A stretch of 64,000 nt of DNA from the NCBI GenBank assembly GCA_951406725.2, contig OX597830.1:30442001-30506000 (forward strand), read 5' to 3'. Shown here one piece after another: positions 1 through 12,261 of the stretch; within the stretch, counting starts at the first letter, position 1; every line of letters starts with the position of its first letter. The stretch comes from Octopus vulgaris (Eukaryota). Under the pieces are notes generated by a model, which had not been told where the DNA came from, ran no database searches, and saw only the letters and a program-made list of their open reading frames with translations. The position numbers and the translations under genes are program-made.

Positions 1-733
1 ATTTCAAGGCATCTTTATATAAAAGCGTATGTAGATTTATATATGTGTATACGCACTCACACACAGAGACGCACACACCTAAATACATATACATGTGTGT
101 GTGTGTGTATGCATGTAATATATGTTTTTGAGTATGTGTGCATACACATGTATGGAGAGAGAGAGAGGGGGAAGAGAGAAGATTATGAATTGAGAGAAAA
201 AGATGAGATGTAGGACAGAATAATGAAAGAGTGAGTGTATGAATAAGGTAGATATAAAAGCTTGCCTCATGAGCAGAGGGAGAGACGGAGAGACGGAGAG
301 AGAGAGTGAGTAAGAATAGTAGTGAGAGTGGTTCGGAAAGAGAGGAAGAGAGTAAAGTAAGGAGGGAGAAAGGAAGGGAGAGCAAGGAGCGCAGAGGTGA
401 TGAGACATATGTGAAAGGTAATACATCTGATCTCTAGTGTTTCTTTATTTTGATATCTGTGCGTCGTGTTGACGTCTTTGAAAGGTTTGTATTGCAAATA
501 GAGTTGGAAAGAGAGGGAGAGAGGGAGAGAGAGAGGGCGGGAAATGGTAGAGATAAGGCGGGAAATGGTGTGGTAACGTGTGTAATTAGAGCGTGAGAAA
601 TGGGGAGAGGGGGGTAAATGGCGGATGTATGATATGCATGAAGATCGATCAATGATTCTTTAATTAGAACATCACATTCCTCATATCGACTGTTTTCATA
701 TTCGAAGCCGTTATTTACAAACGTTGTTTCGTT

Positions 734-744
734 GATGATGATGA

Positions 745-775
<31 letters not shown>

Positions 776-1375
776 GATGATGATCTTGTTGTTATTAATA
801 TCATTGTCGATGATTTTTAATTTTAATGTTTTGTTTTCTCTGTTCTTCAATTTTTCCATGTCGCAGTTGTTATGGCCAAACAATTACTACGATTATTGTT
901 GGTGCTGTTGCTGCTGCTACTGTTATCGTTGTTTTTGTTGTTGTTGTTGTTGTTGTTGTTATTGTTACGCATGGGCTGTTGTTGTTGTTGTTGTTGTTGT
1001 TATTGTTACGCATGGGCTGTTGTTGATATTAATAGTAATATTAATAAACATCATTATCACCATCATCATCATCATCATCGTCACAATCATCATCATCATC
1101 TCACCACCGCTACCGCCGCCGCTACCACCACCACTACCACCATCACCTTCCCCATCATCATCATTATCATCGTCATCATCCCACCATCGCCACCACCACC
1201 ACCATCACCTGCTCCATCATCATCATCATCATCATCGTCATCATCCCACCATCGTCACCACCACCACCATCACCTGCCCCATCATCATCTCACCATCGCC
1301 ACCACCACCACCATCACCTGCTCCATCATCATCATCATCATCGTTGTCGTCCTCGTCATCGTCATCAACGAGATG
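734..1375. repeat. Compound trinucleotide microsatellite field (GAT/GTT/CAT/CAC) with short internal tandem duplications
   Basis: Visible (TTG)n, (ATC)n and (CAC)n runs; attgttacgcatgggctgtt occurs twice; a caccatcg(c/t)caccaccacc...atcacctg unit occurs three times. Confidence 0.95.
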
Positions 1376-1867
1376 ATGAGAATATGGATGTGACGTGAGC
1401 AGGTGGCGGTGGGGTGGATTATGAAGATTATGAAGTTTATGAAACCATTCCAAATCCCACTTGGCCATGACCATCTCGCCTTATTTTCCAGTATGGCGAG
1501 CAACATTACACTTTATCACATTGATTAAAATAATGTGGTTCACTATACTAGAAAGCAAAGTGAGATAGTCATGGTCGGAATGCAACAACCTTTGGTCGTT
1601 GGAATGAATGCCCAATCAGAACTGATCTAAACAATAATTGCAACAGCAACGACAACAGCAATGACAACAACAATGAAATCCACGACAACGACAAAGAATT
1701 CTCAAAACCATTATAGATAGATATAAGAGTTAATAAATGTCACTTATTTAGAATACACTCACCTGTTGTTTTCATTTGACACATTCCGCTTCGTATATAT
1801 ATTCCGGTTATGAAATGAGAATTCCATACAAACGGAACAAAGTCTCAATATTTCTATTTCGAAGGCT

Positions 1868-2238
1868 CAGCACTAAAACAATGTTTTATTTTACCTAGGA
1901 ACCCCTTTGATTACTGTTTTATCCTGACGGGCCTCCATAATTAATCAATGTTAAAAGCTGATTTTGAAGAAACTTCTTCCAAAATTCCTATGCTGATTTT
2001 CACATGTTCATTTGTATATGTTTGAAATAGTACTCTCTGAAAGAATATGCTTCAACGGTCAGAAACGTGGTAAACTATGTAAAGCATTAGACAAAGGAAC
2101 CTAGCTGTTAATTGCAATAAATACTTTTAAAGCAGTTTTTTTTCTGGACCCTAAAAATATTACTGCAGATCCCCAATTTACTATATTGTTTATAAGAACT
2201 TACAGAAAGCTTACATGGACCCCGGTTGAGAAACAATA
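1868..2238 (-). mobile_element. Degenerate hAT-like MITE (second copy at 46010-46297)
   Basis: Terminus ggaccccggttgagaaac resembles hAT/Charlie ends; internal sequence aligns by eye with the reverse complement of 46010-46297. Confidence 0.5.
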
Positions 2239-3096
2239 CTCTCAAATATATAGTACCATTTCTAGGGAAATATTTTCCTTTGTTGCTAAATACAGTCGGT
2301 GCAGGAATGGACCTATACGGATGATATTTCTCAATCACATAGCTCCAATCCGTAGCGTAGCTGGCACTATTAATGATTTCCTTGTATAAATTGGGTTGAC
2401 GCAAACCTGGAAAGTGAACGTGAAATTTGATAGACATAAACTATACGGACGCCTGATCGATGGGATGTATCTATTTTGGCTTGTAGATTTAATCTGTAGC
2501 TGCAGTTCATCATCCCCATTTGGTCCTTGCATCTCTCTAGCTGATTGAAATATGTTGCAAACATTATGACAAGGCCACTGTTATGGAGATTAACTTAATA
2601 TTTTCACCCGCTGACCACCAATTGCAACAAACATCTAAACATACAGTAATATAAATATAGCAAAGGAGCACGTTTCACGGTAAGGATATATTTTGCAACT
2701 GCTTGACTCTTTTAGCGAGAAGCATTCCTAAGTCATATGATGACCACGATTGGATATTTGGCCCTCCATTAACCAGACAATGAAAGTCTTATGCCAACTA
2801 CAGTAATCTCTCGACTATCGCGGGCATTACGTTCCAAACCGCCCCGCAATAGGTGAAAATCCGCGAAGTAGAAACAGTATATTTTCTTATTATTTTTATA
2901 ATTGGTAGGCGTAGGAGTGGCTGTGTGGTAAGTAGCTTGCTTACCAACCACATGGTTCCAGGTTCAGTCCCACTGCGTAGCACCTTGGGCAAGTGTCTTC
3001 TACTATAGCCTCTGGCCGACTAAAGCCTTGTGAGTGGATTTAGTTGACGGAAACTGAAAGAAGCCCATCGTATATATGTAAATATATATATATATA

Positions 3097-3342
3097 TTGG
3101 TAAAACGGTAAGATAACAAAAGAAAGAAAGAGACCTCAATATTATGTAAATAGAGGAAATGTATCTATAAAATTATATGTTACATTACTCGATAGTCAAG
3201 ATAAAACTCTGAGTTTCAGATGCTGAAGTGGGAAACCACGACGCCATCTCTTCGGTTACCTGAAACTCAGAGTTTTATCTTGACTATCGAGTAATGTAAC
3301 ATATTATTTTATAGATATATATATGGTTTTGTCTCTAATTTG

Positions 3343-3345
<3 letters not shown>
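3097..3345 (-). mobile_element. Penelope-like pseudo-LTR mini-element with 58-bp inverted repeat, inserted in the SINE's TA tract
   Basis: Arms 3162-3219 and 3260-3317 (one mismatch); hammerhead-like motif across the loop; TA flanks. Confidence 0.65.
3200..3260 (-). ncRNA. Type I hammerhead ribozyme-like motif (variant CCGAAGA core)
   Basis: Minus strand: GGUAA-CCGAAGA-GAUG...CAUC-U-GAAA-CUCAGAG-UU-UUAUC; stems I, II and III can all pair. Confidence 0.6.
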
Positions 3346-3381
<36 letters not shown>

Positions 3382-4789
3382 GTGTGTGTGTATATGTTTG
3401 TGTGTCTGTGTTTGTTCCCGCAACATCCCTTTTGACAACCGATGCTGGTGTGTTTAAGTCCCCGTAACTTAGCGGTTCGGCAAAAGAGACCGATAGAATA
3501 AGTACTAGGCTTATAAAGAATAAGTTCTGGGGTCGATTTGCTCGACTAAAGGCGATGCTCCAGCATGGCCACAGTCAAATGCCTGAAACAAGTGAAAGAA
3601 TATATATTCATTTTAAGATAAATGCAGAACAACAACACGGAGGAATCGACGTAAGCTTAAATAATAAACCGCGATAGGTGAACCGCGATATGACGACGGA
3701 TTACTGTAGTCTACAGGAAGTTAGCGATGTATCAGACTGGAAATATTCTCGAAGAGAACTGGTATCATGTCCTCGGTAGGGTGGGGGACACTGCTCATTT
3801 CTCATAAACTCTGCATGATTTGTATCGCCAAGATGTATGCAAAACAGCAAAACCGCTCTGCAATCACTTTTACACTGTCCTAGCATTACTGACTTGCTCG
3901 CAGAGTTATGTTGAATAGCTGTTGTTGCCTGTATAATAGATCCAACTATCGGGCAAGTCCATCGTGTGGGGTTCCACCTACAACCTTCCCTTTTTGGCCG
4001 AGAAATCATTCAGTTTTCTTTCGTGTAGTGATAAACTAGAATTGCTGAAAATAGATACTTCGCTCTAAGGCTAAACCTGCAGTTGGAAAGGATAGCAAAA
4101 ATAATTGTTTAGGTACTAACCGCCATTTAATTTACTGAAAAATGAACGCATGTAATGAAATCGATGATACTTAGAAGGTTAATTATTGAATTGTAATTAA
4201 AGGTCAACGGCGTCATGAAGTGATGATTCATGTCATCTTTCTGTGGGTGGCTACTTTGTCTCTGTGGATTACACTGAATTTATTAACGCGTCTAAAATGT
4301 TAATTTGCTGCGAAAGCTCACGTGTTTTGTAACAAAAAAAATACTTTTTTTTTGTGGTTCAAATCCCATAGATATCAGCTGTGCATTTTATCCTTTCGAT
4401 GTTGATAAAATAAGCTATCAGTCAAGTACTGGGATCGATGTAATTGACGTATTTCTCCTCCTCTTAAAATTACTGGCACAGTACCAAAATTTTAAATACG
4501 GTGGTTCAAATAATGTGCCTCTCCGGCAAAATCATTACCTTACCGGACAAAATGTTTAACAACATTTATTCCACCATTTTATGTTCCGTATTCAAATGCT
4601 GCTGAGGTCGACTTTGTCGTTCATCCTTTCCGGAACGATAAAATAAAATATTGATAATCAGGTACTGGGACCGATTTAATTGACTAAGCTTCAGATCGTC
4701 CACACAAAACAGATAGTTTATCGTCGCGTTATAAATTTTGAACCCATACCCGTTGTTATTTAGTTCGTTTGAGAGTGGAATCAGTACTA

Positions 4790-5482
4790 TGTAACACCGT
4801 TATGGGTAGAAGGAGTCACCTTGAAGGATGCCTCGTTTGATTTGCTAGATTGGATTATCCCATTAGTATGGTTTGGAAGGAAACGTGTAAGAATTTGGAT
4901 ACCACAACAGAGATCTTATATTTCTTAAGGGTTTGAGTAGCCAATTATGTGGGACACTATCAAGCGCTTTCCTGTAGTCTATCCATGCCATACTCAGGTT
5001 CTTTTTGGTCCGTACGGCTATTCTCTACAATAATTTTACTTATGAGTAATTGAGCTTTGCATCCATAACAATTCCTTTTGAGCTTGTGGAAGGATAGACC
5101 TCTTACTCATTTTTCCTCTTTTCTGAATCATTACACTACATTTCTCGATCCCAAATTCCATGCCAATATCTTTGCTAATCATCTGCGCAGTTGCCGACAA
5201 ACTTTCAATTTCCGTCTCAGTTTTAGCGAATAGCTTTAGGTCATCCATAAACCACAGGTTGCTAACTTTCACCCTGCCTAGCATGTACCCCACAAGCATT
5301 TTTTCTTAAAATGCTCGTTAGTGGCAGTATGCGGACAACAAATAGGAGAGGTGACAGACTGTCCCCTTGAAAAATTCCTCTTTTGATATTTACCTCTCTC
5401 AGCTTATCTCCCCATGATGTGAGTTCATTTCGCCACGTAGTCATTGAGTTTTGGATTAACTTCAGGATATTGTGGGAGACCT
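4790..5482 (-). mobile_element. R4/Dong-like non-LTR retrotransposon RT fragments (two joined pieces)
   Basis: RGIFQGDSLSPLLF, FMDDLKLF, DIGMEFGIEKC; second piece AWIDYRKALDSVPHNW and KRGILQGDS; starts immediately after a (TAA)n tract. Confidence 0.85.
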
Positions 5483-5494
5483 TATTATTATTCC

Positions 5495-5549
<55 letters not shown>

Positions 5550-5550
5550 T
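5483..5550. repeat. (TTA)n microsatellite
   Basis: Direct observation. Confidence 0.95.
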
Positions 5551-5909
5551 ATGGTTTCTTTTCATTATAACTTTATTTCAGCTGCCTTAGTACCGGGCAC
5601 CCTCCGGAGGCCAAGAGTGGCAAGGGCACTTTTGTTTTGCTATGTATGCTAAAATTATCATTACATTTATTCCATTTTCAGATAGCGAGTGCTTTCCGTA
5701 GTATATGGGCTGTACCCATCAAGGTTATCTTTCGTAGCTCACGGAAACTGGAGTCACCAGGCAGTAGCTTAATATACTTCTCAGCTCCCTTCTTTATCAC
5801 TGCCAACGCACCAATTACTACTGGTATTATCGTAGTACTAAGCTTCCACATTCTTGTGATTTCAATTTGCAGATCTTTATAGAGAGAAAGCTTTTCGCAT
5901 TCTTTTCGT
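5551..5909 (-). mobile_element. 5'-truncated R4/Dong-like element: restriction-like endonuclease C-terminus plus 3' UTR
   Basis: EKLSLYKDLQIEITRMWKLSTTIIPVVIGALA...GTAHILRK; AATAAA near 3' end; (TAA)n on both sides. Confidence 0.85.
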
Positions 5910-5948
5910 ATTATTATTATTATTATCATCATCAGCATCATCATCATC

Positions 5949-6028
<80 letters not shown>
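5910..6028. repeat. (TTA)n/(TCA)n microsatellite
   Basis: Direct observation. Confidence 0.95.
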
Positions 6029-6029
<1 letters not shown>

Positions 6030-6886
6030 TTGGTGTCGAGACAAAATGATAAAGCGTCTGACTAGTTGTTTTATATTATTTAATCCATATTACTCGTAGG
6101 AAAAGAATGAGGGCGGGAGGGAGTTATATAACCACAGCTGTTGTATTTATTCATGAGCGCTAGAGTCTCGCAGCCTTAATTGTACAGTTGCTTATTAGCA
6201 TTATTTAATTGTTTTGTTGTGTTCGTGTTTTTTTCATTTTTTTTTTTTTTTTACTTTTTAATTTATCTATTTCTTTCTTTAGCTAGATTATGTGGTCGAG
6301 GGAAAGAAAGAGAAATAGAAAACAAGAGGGTTGAGTTGTGGATGGTTGTGGGTGTAGAGGTTGGAGGGGTGGTGGGGGTTGAGAGCTATGGAGCAATAGA
6401 AGTAAGTGGCCTTTATGTAATCAGCAACAACGGGTGAATAGCAGATGAAACATTACGAGGCTACACAGCTGTTTTTATTCAGATCTAGCGTCATATCAGT
6501 TGCGCTGGAATGCACATGCGTTGTGGAAGGTGTCTGAACAGGTCTTGTGTGACTGGGTTGAGCTGTGTGAATGAATGTACATGTGCATCAATCTGTATGT
6601 CCATGCATGACTATGTGTGTATGTATATGTGTCTGTGTGTGTGTGTGTGTGTGCGTACGTATGTGTGTGTATGGATTTCTCTTGGTCACTTTATTCCCAT
6701 GACTATGCAATATACGTCTGCGTATCCGTATGTGTAACTGTATAGTTGAATACGTATGTCTAGGTGTGTCAATGTATGCGTGTACAGGAATACATGCGTA
6801 TGTTTGTATGATGTGTGTGTGTATGTGTGTGGACGGTTAAATGGAAGTGTTTCCCTTTCTCTGTGATAAGTGTGCATGTCCATTCG

Positions 6887-6936
<50 letters not shown>

Positions 6937-7241
6937 GGATATAAGTATCAAATATATACGTTTTATTTATTATTTTGCACATTACTTAAGCATTGTAATA
7001 TGTTTTATCTTATATTTAATTTTTCTATAATATGTAATTTTTCTAAATGGTATAATTTAATTTTTCAATATTGGATTGATAAAGGGTGGTTTTTTCTAAT
7101 TTATATATATATATATATATATTATATTTTGTGAAATTTGATTTAGTATTTCTAAATTGAATTTTTCCCTGTAAGTTTGGAATAATATTCCTTCATATTA
7201 TATATATATATATATATATATATCTTTCTCTTTCTCCCTTA

Positions 7242-7316
<75 letters not shown>

Positions 7317-7539
7317 TCTCGCTTCCTCTCTCCTTGTATATATGTGTGTGCCCATGATTTGATTCCAGTATATTTGTTCTTTTAATGAAGCGATAAGTAG
7401 CAAGTCTGGGTCTGGCACTGGTTGACTCACTTCATTAGCGGATACTGACTCGTTTGATGGTTCAGTGATAGAACACTCCAACATGAGTGTGTACACGTCT
7501 GCATGTGTGTGTGTGTGCGCACGTGTGTGTGTTCTTTGT

Positions 7540-7750
7540 GTGTGTGCCATTGTGTCTGCGTTTATCTCCTATCACTGCTTCGCAACTGGTCTCCATTTCT
7601 TTACGTCCCTATAACATAGCGGTTCGGCAAAAGGACAGATATAATGAGTACCAGCTTTCAAAAACAAGATGGTCCTAAACTTGATACATTCTTCAAGGCA
7701 GTGCTCAGCATGACCACTCTCTAAATGCTGAATGCTGAAACATGTAAAAG
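7540..7750 (+). mobile_element. SINE family A, degenerate 3' module
   Basis: agcggttcggcaaaagga...aaggcagtgctcagcatg...tgctgaaacatgtaaaaga. Confidence 0.6.
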
Positions 7751-7812
<62 letters not shown>

Positions 7813-7865
7813 CTGTGTGTGTATATATAAACATATATACATATACATACACACACACATACACA

Positions 7866-7960
<95 letters not shown>

Positions 7961-7967
7961 CATAAAT

Positions 7968-8172
7968 GTGAAGGCGCATGGCTCAATGGTTAGAGCGTCG
8001 AGGTTACGATTGTGAGGTTGTGAGTTCGATTCTCGGAACGGGCTGCGCGTTGTGTTCTTGAGCAAAACACTTCATTTCACGTTGCTCCAGTTCACTCAGC
8101 TGGGGAAACATACACCATAGAAACCGGGAAACCGGGCCCACGAGCCTGGCTAGGCTTTAAAAGGGCGCATTT
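7968..8172 (+). mobile_element. tRNA-derived SINE, head H2 plus tail T2 (internally deleted)
   Basis: A box tggctcaatgg, B box gagttcgattctc, CORE-like tgtgttcttgagcaaaacactt, tail gaaaccgggaaaccggg. Confidence 0.8.
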
Positions 8173-8602
8173 ATATTATTTTATTATATAGTGAGACATG
8201 CTGATGAGAATTAAGGGAGGTAATCTCAAAATTTGAAATCAGTTGATCCAGGGATATCTATTGCTTCATTCTGCGGTTTTCTGCCGCAATGCTAAGTTAA
8301 TTTCTTTGCTCGTAGCCCGTTTTCTGTTGTGCCTGTTGTATTTCCAGTGAATTGGTGGTCATTAAAGGCTATAGAAAGTGGGGAGAAAGAGCGGGGTGTA
8401 CAAATACTCGGGTGCCTGATTGGGTATACAGTGAAACATTTCCAAAATTCGGTAACCCGGTGATCTGGAATAATCTTTCAGTAGAGAATTTTCGGGGAAA
8501 GACCGCTGATGCAAAAATCTGGTGGTGTGGTTGAAAAATAGCTTCTTGTCACTTTCCTGTTGTGTGTTGTTGAATATTTCAATGTGGTTTATCTGTCATA
8601 CA

Positions 8603-9024
8603 ATTATTCTTTTCTACAGTAGGCACAAGGCCCGAAATTTGTGGGGAGGGGGGGGGGCATCGATTAGATCGGACCCCCACCCCCACCCAGGACGCAACTG
8701 ATACTTATTAATTTATCGACTCTGAAAGGATGAAAGGCAAAGTCGACCTGGGTGGAATCTGAACTCAGAACATAAAGACAGACGAAATACCTATTTCTTT
8801 ACTACTCACAAGGGGCTACACACAGAGGGGACAAACAAGGACAGACAAACGGATTAAGTCGATTCTATCGACCCCAGTGCGTAACTGGTACTTATTTAAT
8901 TGACCCCGAAAGGATTAAAGGTAAAGTCGACCTCGGCGGGATTTGAACTCAGGACGTAGCGGTAGACGAAATACCGCTAAGCACTTCGCCCGGCGTGCTA
9001 ACGATTCTGCCATCTCGCCGTCTT
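8603..9024 (-). mobile_element. SINE family C, dimeric form
   Basis: Head tggcagaatcgttagcacgccgggcgaa...gagttcaaatccc; block gtcgacttt..ctttcatcctttc..ggtc occurs twice. Confidence 0.85.
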
Positions 9025-9820
9025 CTGTCACACAAGTATTATGTCACCCTAATATACAGATGTCTCCTTAATGAGGTGGCTATAAAAATAAAACAACTAT
9101 GAAGTGTTCATATATATATGTCTGTGTGTGTGTGTACATGCTTACACATACATATATGTATAACTATATATACATATATGTGGGGGTGTATATAAATATG
9201 TATATATGTGAGCGTGCTTGTTTGTATACACGTATGGATATGTACGTCAGTGTGCGTCAGTTGGTATATCAATTTAACTGTGTATATGAATACGTGTGTG
9301 TTTGTGCGTGAGCGTACGTGTGTGTATACGTGTGTATGCGTATGTGCGTGTAAGTACATGCGTGTGTGTGTGTTTCTATCTTTGTTCTTGGAGCCATATG
9401 CATGTCTACGAGTATGTCTGTATATCAATTTGTGTGAGTATCTACATCCCCATGTATATGGTATATACATATGTGCATGTGTGTGTGTGTGTGTGTTTGT
9501 GTGCGTTTGTGTACGTCCATGAAAATTCAGTTATGTACGCAAAGGTGTACATGTATGAACATGTGCATACGATCTCAATTGATGTTCGTCAGTTGGCCTA
9601 TATGCACACATACATTGGTGTATGTGTGCGCATAGGTGTGTGCCAACTGGAAACTTTGCCTTCACACACACACACAGACACACACATAGAATATATATAC
9701 ATATATGATTATTCATCAGTATGTGAGTGTGATTGTGTGTGAGTTTGTGTGTGTATTTCTGTGTGTTTCTGCGTTTTTAGGTGGATGTGTTTATGTGTAT
9801 GTGCGTGTGTGAGTGTACCT

Positions 9821-9887
<67 letters not shown>

Positions 9888-10772
9888 AGTGTGTGTGTGT
9901 ATAGGTTTGCTGCATGATTGCTCATGTGTGTGAAGGAGAAACAGAGAGAAAAGGAGTGAGTTTCGTAGTTGAGTAAGCATGCCAACAGCCTTGATATAGG
10001 TTAATTACCTGTTTTTCATTGACTGCTAATGCCATGCTGTGTATAATGAAGGTGCGAGTGCAGTACAAGCATTGCAATAAGTACTGCAAAAATTATTGCT
10101 AGTATACCGTGGCCTACCAAATGACGGTTCAAATCCTGTTGGGAACGAGTTTGAATCGATGGACAGAACTCGGGAAATCGTTAGAGCAGTGGACGAGATG
10201 CTCCGCGACATTCGTTCCGGGTCTTAACACTTTATCTTCTCTTGTATCTTTTACTTGTGTCACTCATTAGTATGCACCCATGCGGTGGCACCGCCTTGTT
10301 ACAGGGAGGTAAACAAACCAACAAGGTAGTGCGGGACAAACACAGATACACGCGTAAACTCACACGGAGAGGGGAGGCCGGTATGCATGGGCGACTGCTG
10401 GTCTTCCATAAAAAAACAACCTTGCCCAGACTTGTGCCTCGGAGGGTAACTCTCTAAGTGCAAACCCATGGTCAGTGTCTGACCGAAGGGGGTCACCACC
10501 ATACAGTTACACACAGGTACAATGAAATACACAAGTATACACGTATACAATAACATGTACATACGCAAATTCGCATGCTCATGCATATATACATGAATAC
10601 GGAACAAAAAACACATACAGTCAGTGTGTGTGTGATTAATATATTTTCCTTTTGAATTTTGTGATTCGAATTTGAATTAAAATCCAATTTCAATATAATT
10701 TTTATTTGATTTCTAGTTTAATACTGTTAAAGCATACAAAAATGAGCCTGAAAGTATTATTATTGTATTTGT

Positions 10773-11200
10773 TAAGGAGGTGAGCTGGCAGGATCGTTAG
10801 CACGCCGGGCGAAATGCTGAGCGGCATTTCGTCCGTCGATACGTACTGAGTTCAAATTCCGCCGAGGTCGACTTTGCCTGTCATCCTTTCGGGGATCGAA
10901 ACACTGGGGTCGATGTAATCGCCTTGTCCCCTCTCCTAAAATTTCAGACCTTGTGCCTATAGTAGAAAAGATTATTATTGTTTTTGTTAAGGCCGCGAGA
11001 GCTGGCAGGATCCTTAACACGCCGGGCGAAATAATCTGCGCCGTTTCGTTTATCTTTACGTTCTGACTAAGGATTCCGCCCGGATCGACTTTGCTTTCCA
11101 TCTTATCGAGACCGATAAAAAAAAAATAAGTACCAGTCAATTACTGGGGTCGATGTATCTGACTTCCGCAAAAACTGCTGGCCTTTTGCCAAAATTCGAA
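10773..11200 (+). mobile_element. Two tandem SINE family C copies
   Basis: Both begin aagg..gagctggcaggatc.ttag/aacacgccgggcgaaat at about 10773 and 10988. Confidence 0.85.
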
Positions 11201-12167
11201 ACTTGTCGTCGTTGTTGTTGTTGTCCATGATAGTGACGCTGCTGATGTTGATGATGATGATGATGATGATGTTTTGGTATCGGCAGAACACATTTTGAAG
11301 TCGCTCGTAAGTTTTAAAAGTGTAAGTTTACAAACGTTTTGTCTTGAGATCTTGGTAAACGAACTAGATTTCTGAGGAACAGGTTCGTTCCGTACGTTTA
11401 CGCCCTTCGTCGTGGAATCTGTTAACTTTATTTGTAAAACATTTAATCCTAACCGAAAAATCAAAGCATGACGTCAGAATTTTGGACAAGATTTAAGCGA
11501 GGAGGGAAATAGGACAACAAAGACAACAGCAACGAAAATGGATGATGACAACGACGATGACATCGATGATAATGATTATGACTGTTGTGACGTTGATAGT
11601 GATGGTAATGACGATGAGCTTTTTCACATTGGGACTAGGCCTCAGATTTTTAAGGACCTGCGATATAATCGATTTAATCGATGCTGTGCATGCAAGTGTG
11701 ACATAATTTTGTCGAAACTTCATGGGATTCAACGTAGGTCAGGTCTAGGAAGTAAACCCACAATCAAAATCTATAATACGAGATAAACACATGAGAAAAA
11801 ATGTGCTTAATTAAACGAGGTAGCCCGCACCCAAATAATACTCTCTCCGCCCTAATTACCCAACGAAACTAACCAATCTACCACAAGTAAATCTCTACCC
11901 AGCAAATTTACCAGTGCAAGATCAAAATTTCAACGTAAGAATTACCAATTTGTTTACAATACCTTCACATATGTATCAATCATTTTCGTATCCTAACCGA
12001 TGCATCTATCTATACTCGCATTCTGAAGAGATTTACTTACTCCAGTAAATCGAAACGATCGTAAATGCCACTCTCATCTCTGCTTCTTACTTCTTTGTTA
12101 CCTATTTAATTAAAGACATGCCAGCATAAACCGTGAGTTTCCTATTGTTATTATATCCATTTTCTTC

Positions 12168-12244
<77 letters not shown>

Positions 12245-12261
12245 CATATACATATATATAT

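Larger units (their letters stand above)
2908..3600 (+). mobile_element. SINE family A (tRNA-like head, CORE-like block, internal microsatellite, 3' module)
   Basis: Head ggcgtaggagtggctgtgtggtaag...ggttcagtccc; CORE-like accttgggcaagtgtctt; tail cagtcaaatgcctgaaacaagt; many copies in window. Confidence 0.9.
2801..3706. mobile_element. Tigger/pogo-like MITE with TA target duplication, containing a nested SINE
   Basis: TA|CAGTAATCTCTCGACTATCGCGG ... CCGCGATATGACGACGGATTACTG|TA imperfect terminal inverted repeats. Confidence 0.75.
2240..4020 (-). pseudogene. Possible very old RTE-like reverse transcriptase remnant interrupted by the 2801-3706 MITE
   Basis: Scattered decayed motifs in RT order on the minus strand: LQSGF, DLGMLLAKRVKQLQ, SGVRIVY..SLSRF; many stops and frameshifts. 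Confidence 0.3.

Noticed and set aside
434-883. 149-aa minus ORF with a protein-like stretch (NETTFVNNGFEYENSRYEECD)
   Set aside because: An in-frame stop lies immediately upstream, there is no convincing splice acceptor or recognisable family, and the rest is simple repeat.
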